Part shown: positions 18,460 through 30,009 of the stretch, in pieces
How the letters are laid out: each line of letters begins with the position of its first letter
How positions within the stretch are numbered: position 1 is the first letter of the stretch
NCBI GenBank assembly: GCA_963719515.1
Contig: CAVRCJ010000003.1
Location: 256,001 to 320,000 of the forward strand
Length of the DNA: 64,000 bases
Reading direction: 5' to 3'
DNA from: an uncultured cyanobacterium
GTDB lineage: Bacteria > Cyanobacteriota > Cyanobacteriia > CAKZMO01
The notes under the pieces: model-generated
The model's input: only the letters and a program-made list of their open reading frames with translations
Database searches by the model: none
Told to the model about the DNA's origin: nothing
Program-made: the position numbers and the translations under genes

Positions 18460-18640
18460 GCGGTATAACATTACATAAAGTTTTATAAAGGCATGAGATT
18501 CTATAAAACGAGCGTTCGGAATTGCTTTTGCGGTTACCTTGTGGTTAAGGGCCGGAATTCTAGTCCGCTATGGAAGCGATTGGCTTTCACAGCGTGATCC
18601 AAGTTTTATAAAATTTGTGAAATTACAGGGAGCGATAACT

Positions 18641-18910
18641 ATGTGGTTGAGCTTACTTCAGGCGCTTGGCCTTGCCTGGTGGGTAGAAGTTAAAACGGAG
18701 AATCCGAACTACACCTACTACTTTGGTCCCTTTGTGGCGCAGGACGAGGCAGAAGTGGCCAAGGGTGGCTACGTTGAAGATTTGGAGCAGGAAGGGGCGA
18801 CCAATATTCGGCTTTCCGTGCTGCGGATGAAGCCTACAAAGCTGACCATTGAGGGCAATACGGTGGCCCATGAAAGCACCCCAGGGTCGGCGCTAACGGG
18901 TCAGGCCTAA
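18641..18910 (+). CDS. DUF1816-family protein
   Basis: LAWWVEVKTENPNYTYYFGPF...GYVEDLEQEGA. Confidence 0.8.
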   Translation: MWLSLLQALGLAWWVEVKTENPNYTYYFGPFVAQDEAEVAKGGYVEDLEQEGATNIRLSVLRMKPTKLTIEGNTVAHESTPGSALTGQA

Positions 18911-19779
18911 GCGCTGGTCGGCTCGTTTGGGCTGGGACAAAACGAGTTGGCGGTAAGCCAGGTGTTGATATCGGCCTCTAGAACGTCGGGGATTTCCCAC
19001 GGAAATAGGTGAGCGACGTTGGGATAGGTAATCCACTGGCAGTTGGGCAGGGCCCGCGCGGTCTCCAAACTCGCCTCTAGGGTGATGTGGCGGTCTTGCT
19101 CTCCTGCCAAGACCAGGCAGGGGACATCAAGCTTCTGAATTTCCGGAATGCGGTTATGGCCCTTTCGAAGCGCCGCATTGAGCGCTTGGCTCGCTTGGCT
19201 AGAGGTTTGTAAATAAGCGGGCAGCCCTTCGCGGGCGAGATGGCCGTAGGCCCGAGCAGTGTGCTGCTGAATGAGATGGCGGTAAAGGGATCGCTTGCCA
19301 AAGGTTTCGATGTTCCATTGCCAGCCGGGACGCGCCCGGTTGAGCAGCGAGGCTACCCCGGTGTAAACCTGGTCGGCCACGGTTATGGGGGGATGGCTGC
19401 CGCGCGGCCTTGCCGCTGTCGCCACTAGAATTAGGCCGCTCACCCGTTGCGGCATCTTCAGGGCCAGCTCCAGGGCCAGGATGCCCCCTAGAGACCAGCC
19501 CAGAACCAGGCAGGTCTCAATTCCCTCTTGGTCCAAGAGCGATCGCAGGTCGCTGATGTGGGCCTGCATCGGGAAAGGGTGGCGGTAGCGGCTGCGCCCG
19601 TAGCCCCGTAGGTCGGGGGCAAGGGTTTGAAACTGGCGCGAGAGGAACTGGGTGAACACCGACATTGACGCCCCTGAACCGGGATGGCCGTGGAGACAGA
19701 GCACCGCCACGCCGGTGCCTTGCCGTCGGACGTAGAGCGGATGGGGGGCTAGGTCGTCGATGTTGATGCTAGAAGCCAT
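18907..19779 (-). CDS. Alpha/beta-fold hydrolase
   Basis: LHGHPG, PDLRGYGRS, nucleophile GWSLGG, GEQD, AHLFPWE. Confidence 0.88.
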   Translation of the reverse strand: MASSINIDDLAPHPLYVRRQGTGVAVLCLHGHPGSGASMSVFTQFLSRQFQTLAPDLRGYGRSRYRHPFPMQAHISDLRSLLDQEGIETCLVLGWSLGGILALELALKMPQRVSGLILVATAARPRGSHPPITVADQVYTGVASLLNRARPGWQWNIETFGKRSLYRHLIQQHTARAYGHLAREGLPAYLQTSSQASQALNAALRKGHNRIPEIQKLDVPCLVLAGEQDRHITLEASLETARALPNCQWITYPNVAHLFPWEIPDVLEADINTWLTANSFCPSPNEPTSA

Positions 19780-21097
19780 CGTTTTGGGCAATATGCTCGG
19801 CGATCTCTTTGACGATGCGGCGGACAGCGGCCTCATGGGCGCTGCGGTCGAGGGTGACCGTGAGCACGTAGCGCTCGTCGTTGATCTTGGCGGCCACGGT
19901 GGTGCCCAGTACCTTAGAGTTTTGGCCCGTCTTCTCCCCAATCCAGAAGACATCGCCCTCCGCCGCCTTCAGCCCGGCGTAGCCCAGCTTCCAGTCCCAC
20001 TGCTCCACCAGAGAGTCGAGCAGCACGTCGTCGCCCTCGTTCTCGAAGTTGTAGATCTGCACCATCATTTCGGTAATTTCGTCGGTGGTGGTGCGGTTGG
20101 TGCCCCCTTCGCCGAAGTCCTCGGGAAACGTGGTCTCACCCACCAGCTTGTGGCCCACGAAGGTGGCGGTGTAGCCGCGATCGCTCAGAACCTCATTGAT
20201 GTAGTCTAGACCCGCAAAATCGATCATCTGGTTGGTGGCGATGTTGCTGCTGTCGTTGATCATCCGTCGCAGCACCTTACGCATGGGGTACTCCACGCCC
20301 GCGCGGATGTCGGAGGCGTCTTCGGTGTAGTTGCCCTCTTCGACTAGCATCGGCTGGTCGAGGTCAACATTTTCGTCGATCACCTTTTCCATCACCGCGA
20401 CGCCAATGGGCAGCTTAATCAAGCTAGCCGGGCTATCGGGCGGCTTCTTGCCGTTGAGGCGTCGGCATTCTCGCGTTTCAATGTGGCAAACCGTAATCCG
20501 GACTCGCCCGGTGCCCAGCCCGGCGGTTTCGGCGATGGGCACCAGGAACTCGGAGCGGGCGGTGTCGTATCGGTAGGCGATCTCAGCTAAGTTAGGGGCG
20601 TACTCTTCTTGCTTATCTCGAGCGACCTCCGCCAGCAGGGAGTCTTCTGGAATGTTCTGCAGCTGGGCGATCGCCTCTCGCCACAGCCCGTCAATTTTGC
20701 CCAAGTCTTCAGCGTCTAGATCCTTCTTTTTGCCCAGCTTGACGGCCCGACGAGCGGTATCCAACGCCTGATCCCAAGTCTGCTGAGCTGCCCCCTCAAC
20801 GTGAATTCGGGTGTCTATCGACTGCAGCAGCCGCTGCTGCTCGTTCGGAGAAAGTAAAGTTTGCGCTAGGGGCAGGTAGCGCGGCGCGGCGCCCTCTTCC
20901 GCAATTTGGACCTGGAGGCGATCGCGGATGGCGCGCAGCTCCTCTAGAGAATCCCAGTTTGACAAAAACTCCCCCCCCTTCTGATGGAGGAGATCGACGT
21001 TCGGGGCCAGCGCCCCAGTCGCCCACACCGCGCTTCCCCCTATCGTCGCCGTTAGCGCCGCGGCTGAGAGCACTATCATTCGAGTAGACCAGCGCAT
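19769..21097 (-). CDS. Class A beta-lactamase-like serine hydrolase with an N-terminal helical domain
   Basis: SxxK (ASLIK), SxN (DSSNIATN), KTG (EKTGQ); N-terminal signal/anchor. Confidence 0.8.
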   Translation of the reverse strand: MRWSTRMIVLSAAALTATIGGSAVWATGALAPNVDLLHQKGGEFLSNWDSLEELRAIRDRLQVQIAEEGAAPRYLPLAQTLLSPNEQQRLLQSIDTRIHVEGAAQQTWDQALDTARRAVKLGKKKDLDAEDLGKIDGLWREAIAQLQNIPEDSLLAEVARDKQEEYAPNLAEIAYRYDTARSEFLVPIAETAGLGTGRVRITVCHIETRECRRLNGKKPPDSPASLIKLPIGVAVMEKVIDENVDLDQPMLVEEGNYTEDASDIRAGVEYPMRKVLRRMINDSSNIATNQMIDFAGLDYINEVLSDRGYTATFVGHKLVGETTFPEDFGEGGTNRTTTDEITEMMVQIYNFENEGDDVLLDSLVEQWDWKLGYAGLKAAEGDVFWIGEKTGQNSKVLGTTVAAKINDERYVLTVTLDRSAHEAAVRRIVKEIAEHIAQNDGF

Positions 21098-21259
21098 GCA
21101 CAACTCCTCGCCCAAAGCCTCAGTGGCTATTGCTCATCTAAAATCAATGCAGATGAATAACTAAACGTTAGCCCGTTATTCAAACTCCGTGGGCGGGAGG
21201 GCGGAGGCTAAGCGATCGCCTACGCAACCCGACACAAAATTTAATCTCCATAATACGCT

Positions 21260-22183
21260 ATGTCCATCGCCTCTCATACCCCACTGTCACAGACCCTTCA
21301 TTTTCTAGGGCACGAAGTCTCTAAGCCTTACTCAGAGGCGCAAGTGGTTATTCTGCCTGTTCCCTTCGAGGCGACGACCACCTACCGCAAAGGCTGCGTC
21401 GCGGGGCCAGAGGCTATTTTAGAAGCCTCTCACCAGGTCGAATACTACGACGATGAGTGGGAGCGCGAGTTTTGGCCGCTGGGAATCCATACCCACGCTT
21501 CTGTTGCTGACTCGCGACAGGGACCGCTCTCCCCCGAAAACATGGTGGCGAGGGTCAGCGCTGCTGCCGCTCCTCTCATTGCGGACAACAAGTTTGTGAT
21601 CGCCCTGGGGGGAGAGCACAGCATCACGGCGGGCCTAGTGGCGGCCTACCACCAGAGTTCCTCCGCGCCGTTTACCGTGGTTCAAATCGACGCCCACACC
21701 GATTTGCGCCACAGCTATGACGGATCGATCTACAACCACGCCTGCGTAATGCGGCGGGTTTTAGACCTGGGGGTGCCCACAGTCCATCTGGGCATTCGCA
21801 GCCTTTGCCAAGAAGAAGCCACCCTGATTCGCGATCGCCAGCTGCCGGTGTTTTGGGCGCGCCACCTAGCTGTTCAAGACGACTGGGTTGACGCGGTGCT
21901 AGCCGCCGTCACCACCCGTCAAGTGTTCCTGACTATTGATCTCGACGGCCTTGACCCCAGCCTGATGCCCGGTGTGGGTACCCCTGAACCGGGAGGACTC
22001 AGCTGGTATGCCCTACTGGGGTTTTTGCGACGTCTGTTTGAAACCAAACAGGTGATCGGAGCAGACGTGATGGAGCTAGCGCCGCTTCAAGACTCGGTGG
22101 TCTCTCAATTTACCGCTGCCAAGCTGGTCTACAAGCTGATAGGCTACCGGGCGATGGCGGCGAAAGCGCCTTCATCTGCTTGA
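21260..22183 (+). CDS. speB: Agmatinase
   Basis: GGEHSIT, DAHTD, DLDGLDP, PGVGTPEPGG (ureohydrolase motifs). Confidence 0.9.
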   Translation: MSIASHTPLSQTLHFLGHEVSKPYSEAQVVILPVPFEATTTYRKGCVAGPEAILEASHQVEYYDDEWEREFWPLGIHTHASVADSRQGPLSPENMVARVSAAAAPLIADNKFVIALGGEHSITAGLVAAYHQSSSAPFTVVQIDAHTDLRHSYDGSIYNHACVMRRVLDLGVPTVHLGIRSLCQEEATLIRDRQLPVFWARHLAVQDDWVDAVLAAVTTRQVFLTIDLDGLDPSLMPGVGTPEPGGLSWYALLGFLRRLFETKQVIGADVMELAPLQDSVVSQFTAAKLVYKLIGYRAMAAKAPSSA

Positions 22184-22333
22184 GTCTAGGGGACTTAGAG
22201 CTTTCAATGGCTTCTGAGAGAGCCCTAGAGCGAGTTAAGCCTTGATGAAAATCGTCTAAAGGGGCGCTAAAGTTCAGATCCCGCTAGATTGGGCTGTTAT
22301 CTTAGGTGGTGATGTAGCGCCGGGGAACGGGAA

Positions 22334-23062
22334 ATGGGAGCGAAGTATCAGCGGGTTTTACTCAAGTTGAGCGGTGAGGCGCTAATGGGGGAGCTGTCGT
22401 ACGGCATCGACCCGGCGATTGTAGAAAAGATCGCCCGTGAGGTTACCGATGTGGTGGCGGCTGGGGTAGAGGTGGCGGTTGTTGTGGGTGGGGGCAACAT
22501 CTTTCGCGGCGTCAAAGGAGCCGCTGCCGGCATGGATAGGGCCACCGCCGACTATATCGGCATGATTTCCACCGTCATGAACGCGATGACGCTGCAGGAT
22601 GCCCTAGAGCGTATGGGGTCCCCCACGCGGGTGCAGACGGCCATCGAAATGAAAGAGATCGCTGAGCCCTATATCCGTCGCCGCGCCATTCGCCACTTAG
22701 AGAAAGGCCGCATCGTTATTTTTGGCGCAGGCTCCGGTAATCCTTTCTTTACCACCGACACTACTGCGGCCCTGCGGGCGGCTGAAATCAACGCTGATGT
22801 CGTCTTTAAGGCTACCAAGGTGGACGGCGTCTACGACTGTGATCCCAAAGAAAACTCCGATGCTAGGCGGTTCAACAGCCTCACCTACAGCCACGTTCTA
22901 AAAGAGGATCTCAAGGTAATGGACAGTACGGCGATCGCACTGTGCAAAGATAACAATATCCCTATTATCGTGTTTGATCTCACGGTGGCGGGCAATATTC
23001 GTCGCACCGTGATGGGGGAGTCTGTTGGAACTATTGTCGGAGAGTCTTGTGAAGTTAGCTGA
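22334..23062 (+). CDS. pyrH: UMP kinase
   Basis: [32 protein letters not shown]. Confidence 0.97.
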   Translation: MGAKYQRVLLKLSGEALMGELSYGIDPAIVEKIAREVTDVVAAGVEVAVVVGGGNIFRGVKGAAAGMDRATADYIGMISTVMNAMTLQDALERMGSPTRVQTAIEMKEIAEPYIRRRAIRHLEKGRIVIFGAGSGNPFFTTDTTAALRAAEINADVVFKATKVDGVYDCDPKENSDARRFNSLTYSHVLKEDLKVMDSTAIALCKDNNIPIIVFDLTVAGNIRRTVMGESVGTIVGESCEVS

Positions 23063-23597
23063 AGTTGAACAGTCCATGCAGAATGCGCTAGAGGCGACTC
23101 AGCGCTCGTTTAACACCATTCGCACGGGGCGAGCCAACGCCTCCCTCTTAGACCGTGTCATGGTGGACTACTACGGTAGCCCGACGCCCCTGAAGTCTTT
23201 GGCCAATATCAATACGCCGGACTCCAGCACCATTGCCATTCAGCCCTATGATCCCGGAAGTCTAAGCTTGATCGAGCGGTCTATCTCAATGTCAGATTTG
23301 GGGTTGAACCCCAATAACGACGGGTCCGTGATTCGCCTCAACATTCCCCCTCTCACCAGCGATCGCCGTAAGGAGCTAGTGAAGATGGCCTCAAAGCTGG
23401 CGGAGGAGGGCAAAGTCTCGGTCCGCAACGTCCGCCGCGATGCGATTGACTCCATCCGCAAGGACGAGAAAAACAGCGATGTCTCCGAAGACGAGTCTCG
23501 CGATCTGCAGGAGGATGTGCAAAAGCTGACGGACAAGTATGTCAAAAAGGTAGAGGAGGCGTTCGCGGCTAAAGAGCAGGATATCCTCAAGGTTTAG
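23049..23597 (+). CDS. frr: Ribosome recycling factor
   Basis: [30 protein letters not shown]; follows pyrH; GTG start. Confidence 0.97.
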   Translation: MKLAEVEQSMQNALEATQRSFNTIRTGRANASLLDRVMVDYYGSPTPLKSLANINTPDSSTIAIQPYDPGSLSLIERSISMSDLGLNPNNDGSVIRLNIPPLTSDRRKELVKMASKLAEEGKVSVRNVRRDAIDSIRKDEKNSDVSEDESRDLQEDVQKLTDKYVKKVEEAFAAKEQDILKV

Positions 23598-23633
23598 GGT
23601 ATTTTCGGACGATCAACGTAGCTGCACCTGCAC

Positions 23634-23658
23634 AAAAGGACATGGCACCGCCATGTCC
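23634..23658 (-). terminator. Intrinsic terminator
   Basis: GGACATGGC-acc-GCCATGTCC with an adjacent A4 (U-tract on the minus strand). Confidence 0.6.
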
Positions 23659-23699
23659 TCCATACTGCTATGCCCTACAGCATCATGCCCCACAGCCCG

Positions 23700-24329
23700 C
23701 TAAACCGGCTTCACCGCCTGCAGCACCTGCAGGCTGCCGCCCCCATAAAACTGATGCCGCTGCACCTCAAACCCGTATTTTTTCAACATCTCGGCTAGAT
23801 CAGTTTTAACCAGCCGCCACGCCGTTTCCGTCTCAAACAGCGCCATAAACGCATACAGCCCCGGCACCATCAGCGGATTGCTGGGTTGATGCAGATCGAC
23901 AAAAGCAAACGCTCCCCCAGGCTTCAGCACCCGGTACACCCCCTGAAAAATCTGCTCAAGCTGCTCGGCAGTCATCTCGTGCAGAGCGACGCTGGTGTGA
24001 ACGAGGTCAAAGCGCTCAGCCTCAAAGGGTAGCGACTCCGCCCAGCCCTCGACGTAGTCTGCCTCAGGCACGTTGCGGCGAGCCCGCTCAATGGACTTGG
24101 GAGAGGCGTCTAGCCCCGTGACCTGTCCGTATCGCTGGGTGAGATAGCCTGTGGCTTGGCCACTGCCGCAGCATAGGTCAAGTACCTCAGCGCCCTTGCC
24201 TAGGGTTAGCCCTTCGAGGGGGAGCTGATGGAAGCGGGAAAGACCGCCCACAGCAAGAGCGCTAAACCAGGAAATTGTGTCGTAGAGCCACTGATACCGA
24301 TAGCTCCAGCTGCGTAAAATAGTGGCCAT
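23700..24329 (-). CDS. Class I SAM-dependent methyltransferase
   Basis: VLDLCCGSG, GLDAS, LPF..FDLV, ALHEM, RVLKPGG. Confidence 0.88.
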   Translation of the reverse strand: MATILRSWSYRYQWLYDTISWFSALAVGGLSRFHQLPLEGLTLGKGAEVLDLCCGSGQATGYLTQRYGQVTGLDASPKSIERARRNVPEADYVEGWAESLPFEAERFDLVHTSVALHEMTAEQLEQIFQGVYRVLKPGGAFAFVDLHQPSNPLMVPGLYAFMALFETETAWRLVKTDLAEMLKKYGFEVQRHQFYGGGSLQVLQAVKPV

Positions 24330-24627
24330 GACGTTGAAGTTACTTCGAGCTACCATCAAATCATCAGCTCTCTTGCCGCAAGTCGTCAACGTTGAGAATC
24401 GTTCTCAAGCGATCGCCCCGGCTCAATTCCCCCTGAACGAAGTACCCGCGATCGCCCATAGGCCCAGCCTCAAACGGATTGCGATCGTGGCCATCAAAAC
24501 CGCTGCTATCGCTAACAAAAGGGATAGGGGGAGCGCGTGACCATTGGCCATAGGTTTGTTAAATTCCGGCTCCAAAATCAACAGGAGCTGCCTAGAATTG
24601 AAGCAGCCGCCACAGCCATGACTCCTG

Positions 24628-25272
24628 ATGCAAACCGCCCCAGTCTACCCCTCTGCTCAACCAGCGCTAGCCGCGCTGTTGGGATTAACGTTAGGACTAG
24701 CGACATCCTGTTTCCCGCTACCCCCCGACACCGCCGCACCCCCTACCGACGTGACGACAGCTCCCGAGACTGAAGCGGTTGATCCCGATGAGCAAACGAC
24801 CACCGGCAGCGAATCTACCCGCGACGAGCCCCGCGAAACGGCGATCGCGCCTGAGGACCAAGCTGAAGTTGCTGCCGCCAGCTCAGCTGCCATGCCTGCC
24901 GTTGATACCTTCACCACAAACGAGCTGTTTGCGGCGGGGGGCGGGGGCTGCGGTATGTCCCTTTGGCGGGCAGATGCGGAGCCTAGAGAAGAGGGATTTT
25001 TATTTTTCAGCGGTCTCGAAGGCTCAGCGATGATGCGCTTCGATGGGGAACTCGTAGCCCTAGAGCGAGACGAGACCACGGGGGAAGAGTTCTACGGCCA
25101 GTACACCTCCCAGACCTTTGTCGCTCCTGACGATTCGCTGAGCGCGACGGCTAACGTAGTGCTGGGGGAACCAGGGGAAATAGAATCGGTCGCGATTCCT
25201 GCCGGAACTCTTTTAATTCAAGCCGGAAGCGCAACCACGGAAATTCCCGTCACGGGTGATGCGGGCTGTTAG
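24628..25272 (+). CDS. Hypothetical lipoprotein
   Basis: Lipobox-like LATSC after a hydrophobic stretch; low-complexity linker; GCGMSLW ... C-terminal AGC. Confidence 0.65.
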   Translation: MQTAPVYPSAQPALAALLGLTLGLATSCFPLPPDTAAPPTDVTTAPETEAVDPDEQTTTGSESTRDEPRETAIAPEDQAEVAAASSAAMPAVDTFTTNELFAAGGGGCGMSLWRADAEPREEGFLFFSGLEGSAMMRFDGELVALERDETTGEEFYGQYTSQTFVAPDDSLSATANVVLGEPGEIESVAIPAGTLLIQAGSATTEIPVTGDAGC

Positions 25273-25338
25273 GTGTGCGGTAGGAGGACAGCTTGCTCCC
25301 CCTTACCATCACCTAAATCCTCATCATCAGAGATAGGC

Positions 25339-26793
25339 CTAGCTCAGCGCCATAGCCCAATCCTTGGCCCAATCTAAGTTACGGCGCACGTCCTCCAGGG
25401 ACATTGCCTCCGAGTACAGCCGCAGCACCGGCTCCGTGCCGCTGAAGCGAATCAGCAGCCAGCTTTCATCCGCCAGCTGAAACTTGTAGCCGTCGATGGT
25501 CAGGCAATCGGTGACCGCCTGTCCCGCCACTTCCGTAGGCCGATTCGCCTCCAGTTCGTTTACCAAGCGCGATCGCACCTCCATATTCGCCAACGGCAGA
25601 TCGATGCGGTCATACTCTGAGCTAAAGCCGGCCTGCTCCTGCAGCTGGCGATACAGATCGCTCAGGTCCTGCCCCGACTGCACGACGGCCTCCAGCACGT
25701 ACATGGCCGAGAGCAGCGCATCCCGCTCGGGAATATGGTGGCCGTAGCCGATGCCGCCGGATTCTTCACCCCCGAGCAGCACATCTGCGTCGTTCATGCG
25801 ATCCGCGATATATTTGTAGCCAATGGCGGTCTCATGCACCGGCAGACCGTAGAGCGCCGCCACCTTGGGAAATAGGTTAGAGCCGCTGATGGTCTTCACA
25901 AGCTCGCCGCTGTAGCCGCGCCGGGTGGCCAGATGCTCTAGCAAAATCGGAATCAAAATCTGAGAGCTGAGGAAGGTGCCGCTGCCGTCCACCGCCGCGA
26001 TGCGATCGCTGTCGCCGTCAAACACAAGACCCACGGCCAGGCCGCCCTTATCGCGGTCTTTCATCTGCTGAAGCAGATCCGGCAGATAGCGGGGCAAAGG
26101 TTCCGGGGCCCCGCCGCCGAACAGCGGGTCGCGATCGCTGTTGAGCTCGTTAATCTGGGTGCCCAAAATGCGCTCAATGCCGCTGGCCGCCGCCCCATGC
26201 ATCACGTCGGCAAAGACGGTTAGCGTCCCGCTGGCGATCGCCTCACGGATGGCTTCAATGTTGACCTGCTGCTGGATAATGCCGCAATAGCTAGGCCAGG
26301 GGTCGAAGGTGGTGAGGCTTCCTGGCTCGCCGATAGGGGCAGGCGGCTGCTCTAGCATCGCCTCGACTTTTTGGGTCACCTCGGGCGGCACCGATCCGCC
26401 AAAGCCCCCTTTGATCTTCAGGCCCGAGTACGCACCGGGGTTATGGCTCGCCGTAATCACGATTGCCCCTAGCGCCCCTTGGTCCTTAGCGGCCCAGCTA
26501 AAGGCTGGGGTCGGCGCGTAGCCCTCAGAGAGCATGACGTCAAATCCGGCCTGCTGCACCGCCTGGGCCGCGAGCTGGGCAAACTCCTCAGATAAAAAGC
26601 GGCGATCGTAGCCCACAATTACCATGCGGCTGTCGATGTCGCCGTAGGTTTGCTGCAGGGCATGGGCGGCCAGCGGCGCTACCTGGGCGACCCGCTCAAA
26701 GGTGAAGTCGGCGGCGATAATACCGCGCCAGCCGTCGGTGCCAAATTTAATCGGTTTGCCTATGAGGGCAGCGGGGGAAATAGGAGCGGCCAT
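25339..26793 (-). CDS. Phosphoglucomutase/phosphomannomutase
   Basis: FGTDGWRG, TASHNP, FDGDSDR, GEESGG, RFSGTEP. Confidence 0.93.
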   Translation of the reverse strand: MAAPISPAALIGKPIKFGTDGWRGIIAADFTFERVAQVAPLAAHALQQTYGDIDSRMVIVGYDRRFLSEEFAQLAAQAVQQAGFDVMLSEGYAPTPAFSWAAKDQGALGAIVITASHNPGAYSGLKIKGGFGGSVPPEVTQKVEAMLEQPPAPIGEPGSLTTFDPWPSYCGIIQQQVNIEAIREAIASGTLTVFADVMHGAAASGIERILGTQINELNSDRDPLFGGGAPEPLPRYLPDLLQQMKDRDKGGLAVGLVFDGDSDRIAAVDGSGTFLSSQILIPILLEHLATRRGYSGELVKTISGSNLFPKVAALYGLPVHETAIGYKYIADRMNDADVLLGGEESGGIGYGHHIPERDALLSAMYVLEAVVQSGQDLSDLYRQLQEQAGFSSEYDRIDLPLANMEVRSRLVNELEANRPTEVAGQAVTDCLTIDGYKFQLADESWLLIRFSGTEPVLRLYSEAMSLEDVRRNLDWAKDWAMALS

Positions 26794-27122
26794 AAGAATA
26801 TTTGGTTTGAATAACAACAAGATAGGAGGGTGAGGGGCGGTGCGGCGCAGTATGCCCTGCCCCTGCAGTATGCCCATTGCAGGGGCAGGGCAGTGCCACA
26901 GTCCTACCGCCTGACTTTAAGCTGACTCTAGTGCTGAAGACTCATCAACGCCGTCTACTCTTTCACCGCGTTTTTGGCTTAAATAACCCCAGCATGGCCA
27001 GTCTAAACGCATACCACACCCCAGCCTTCACAGTGTATCCGCCTCGCTTTGCGATCGCTACAGTAGCGAAACCGCTAACCGTAAAGACTGGATAAAGGCA
27101 CCGCCAAAAGATAGTAATATAA

Positions 27123-27917
<795 letters not shown>

Positions 27918-27920
27918 ACC

Positions 27921-28655
27921 CTAAGTGCCCTGCTGCGTAGGGCGCACCAGCACGTCATGCACCTGCACATGGTCCGGCTGGGATATCATATACCACACCG
28001 CGTTCGTAATATCCTCGGGCTGCAGGACGGGAAAACGACCGTAGGTTTCTGCCGCCTTCTCTGCGCTGTCCATCTGAGCGGCAAACTCCGTTTCCACCAG
28101 GCCGGGACTGACGGAGGAAACGCGAATAGCGCTTCCTGCCTTGCGCAGCTCCTGCCGCAGTCCTTCCGTCAGCGCCCTGACGGCAAACTTAGTAGCGCCG
28201 TAAAACGCGCTTCCTGCCAGAACGCGATGTCCGGCCATGGAGCTGATGTTGACGATGTGGCCGCGATCGCCGTTGGCCTGCATTTGCTTCACGGCCTCGC
28301 GGGTGCAGATGGTCAGCGCCAGTACGTTCACCTCTAGCATTTCGCGCCAGCTCTCGGTGTCTCCCGACAGCAGCGGGGCCCGATGCCCTAATCCGGCGTT
28401 GTTGACGAGCAGGTTCACGCCGCCCCACTGCGCTTCAACTTGCTCAAACAGTGACAAAATTTCGTCTTCCTGCCGCAGGTCTACCGTTTTTGGGACAATC
28501 TTCTCTGGAAAGTCGGCCGCCAGAGCTTCTAGGCGCTCTAACCGGCGGGCCGCGGCGACCACGCGGTAGCCTTCGCGGGCAAGTTGACGGGCGATCGCCT
28601 CACCGATGCCGCTGGAGGCCCCGGTAACGAGGGCCGTTGGAGAAGATGCAGTCAT
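27921..28655 (-). CDS. SDR-family oxidoreductase (YdfG/DHRS11-like)
   Basis: [26 protein letters not shown]. Confidence 0.88.
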   Translation of the reverse strand: MTASSPTALVTGASSGIGEAIARQLAREGYRVVAAARRLERLEALAADFPEKIVPKTVDLRQEDEILSLFEQVEAQWGGVNLLVNNAGLGHRAPLLSGDTESWREMLEVNVLALTICTREAVKQMQANGDRGHIVNISSMAGHRVLAGSAFYGATKFAVRALTEGLRQELRKAGSAIRVSSVSPGLVETEFAAQMDSAEKAAETYGRFPVLQPEDITNAVWYMISQPDHVQVHDVLVRPTQQGT

Positions 28656-28662
28656 AACGGGA

Positions 28663-30009
28663 TTACGATGAACGACTTGATGCGGCCTCCGGCAGTACCG
28701 GCGGCGCAGAAACGCTGGTGGTATCAGCGCTGACCATCACGCTTTGGTAGATTTCCAGCATTCGATCTACCTTAACGTTCCAATCGAAATGACGCAGCAC
28801 TTTTTCTCGTCCCGCTGCGCCCATCGCCGCTCGCTCTTGAGGCGATCGCGCTAGCCGCACCATAGCAGCGGTTAACCCCTCAACGAACGCCTCTTTAGAA
28901 GAGGGCTCGACGAGAATACCACAGGACGGGTCGAGGTAGTCGGCCGGGCCGCCCCAGTGGGTTGCGATCGCCGGAATACCGACAGCCATAGCTTCTAGCA
29001 CAACGGCCCCACCACATTCTAGGAGGCTGGGTAGAACCAAGGCATCGGCTTGTCTAAGTCGGCTTGCACAGTCTTGCTGCGGAAGCCAGCCTGCAAAAAA
29101 TATGCGACCTGCTTGACTGGGAGCCGTTGCCAAGACGCCTAGCGCTTCCGCCTGGTGTTCTAAACTTGCTCTCTCGACGCCGTCGCCAATAATTGTCAGC
29201 GTGATCTCAGCCTCTGAAGCCGCTTGCCTAAACGCCGGCAGCAGCAAGTCGACGGCTTTCCAATCCACTAGCCTGCCCACAAAGACGTAGTGGACGGCCT
29301 CAGTTTCTCCTGCTGCTCCGGCTTCTTCCACAGCCGCCTCTAGCGCATGAGACTGCCAGACGGATAGGTCTACTCCATTTTCCACCAGCTCGATAACCTG
29401 CTGACACTCTGTTTGAGGCAGGGCCTCGCGCGTGCGCTCATTTGCCACCATGAGCAGCGCGGCTTTCCGCTTCCCAGGCATTATTCTGTTGATGACATTA
29501 GCGGCCCGTCGCCCGAACTCTAAAGTAGTCTGCTCTATAGGGCTCTGATTCTTTTGAAACGCTGGGGGATAATTCATGCCACCGTTCATTGGACCAATGA
29601 TAACGGGCGCATCCATCCCAAAAATCGTAGAGGGTTCTTTGGGAGATACCGGAATCGGCTGATGGATGACGGTGATTTTCTTCTCTTTTACAATCTGCTT
29701 AGCGATGCGCCTTTGCGCTAGCTGAGTCATGAGACGCATGGCGAAGCCTACTGTGAAGTAGAACAATCGACCGGGCAATACAGTGTTGAGCCGCCAAAGC
29801 CAGCGTTGCCAGATATTGTCTTCGATATAGATAATATGGTCGTCTTCAGGAAACAGCCTTTGCAGCTCTGGGCGGGTGCGGGCATGCACCAGCATCCAGG
29901 ATGGAATATCTCGCTGACGGAGAATGCGATAGTAATGCAGGGGCAGAACAGCTTCGCCCCCAAACTCAGCAGAGGCGTGCTCGGCGACAATCAGTATTCG
30001 AGGATCCAT
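28663..30009 (-). CDS. Glycosyltransferase family 4
   Basis: [26 protein letters not shown] (EX7E). Confidence 0.88.
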   Translation of the reverse strand: MDPRILIVAEHASAEFGGEAVLPLHYYRILRQRDIPSWMLVHARTRPELQRLFPEDDHIIYIEDNIWQRWLWRLNTVLPGRLFYFTVGFAMRLMTQLAQRRIAKQIVKEKKITVIHQPIPVSPKEPSTIFGMDAPVIIGPMNGGMNYPPAFQKNQSPIEQTTLEFGRRAANVINRIMPGKRKAALLMVANERTREALPQTECQQVIELVENGVDLSVWQSHALEAAVEEAGAAGETEAVHYVFVGRLVDWKAVDLLLPAFRQAASEAEITLTIIGDGVERASLEHQAEALGVLATAPSQAGRIFFAGWLPQQDCASRLRQADALVLPSLLECGGAVVLEAMAVGIPAIATHWGGPADYLDPSCGILVEPSSKEAFVEGLTAAMVRLARSPQERAAMGAAGREKVLRHFDWNVKVDRMLEIYQSVMVSADTTSVSAPPVLPEAASSRSS

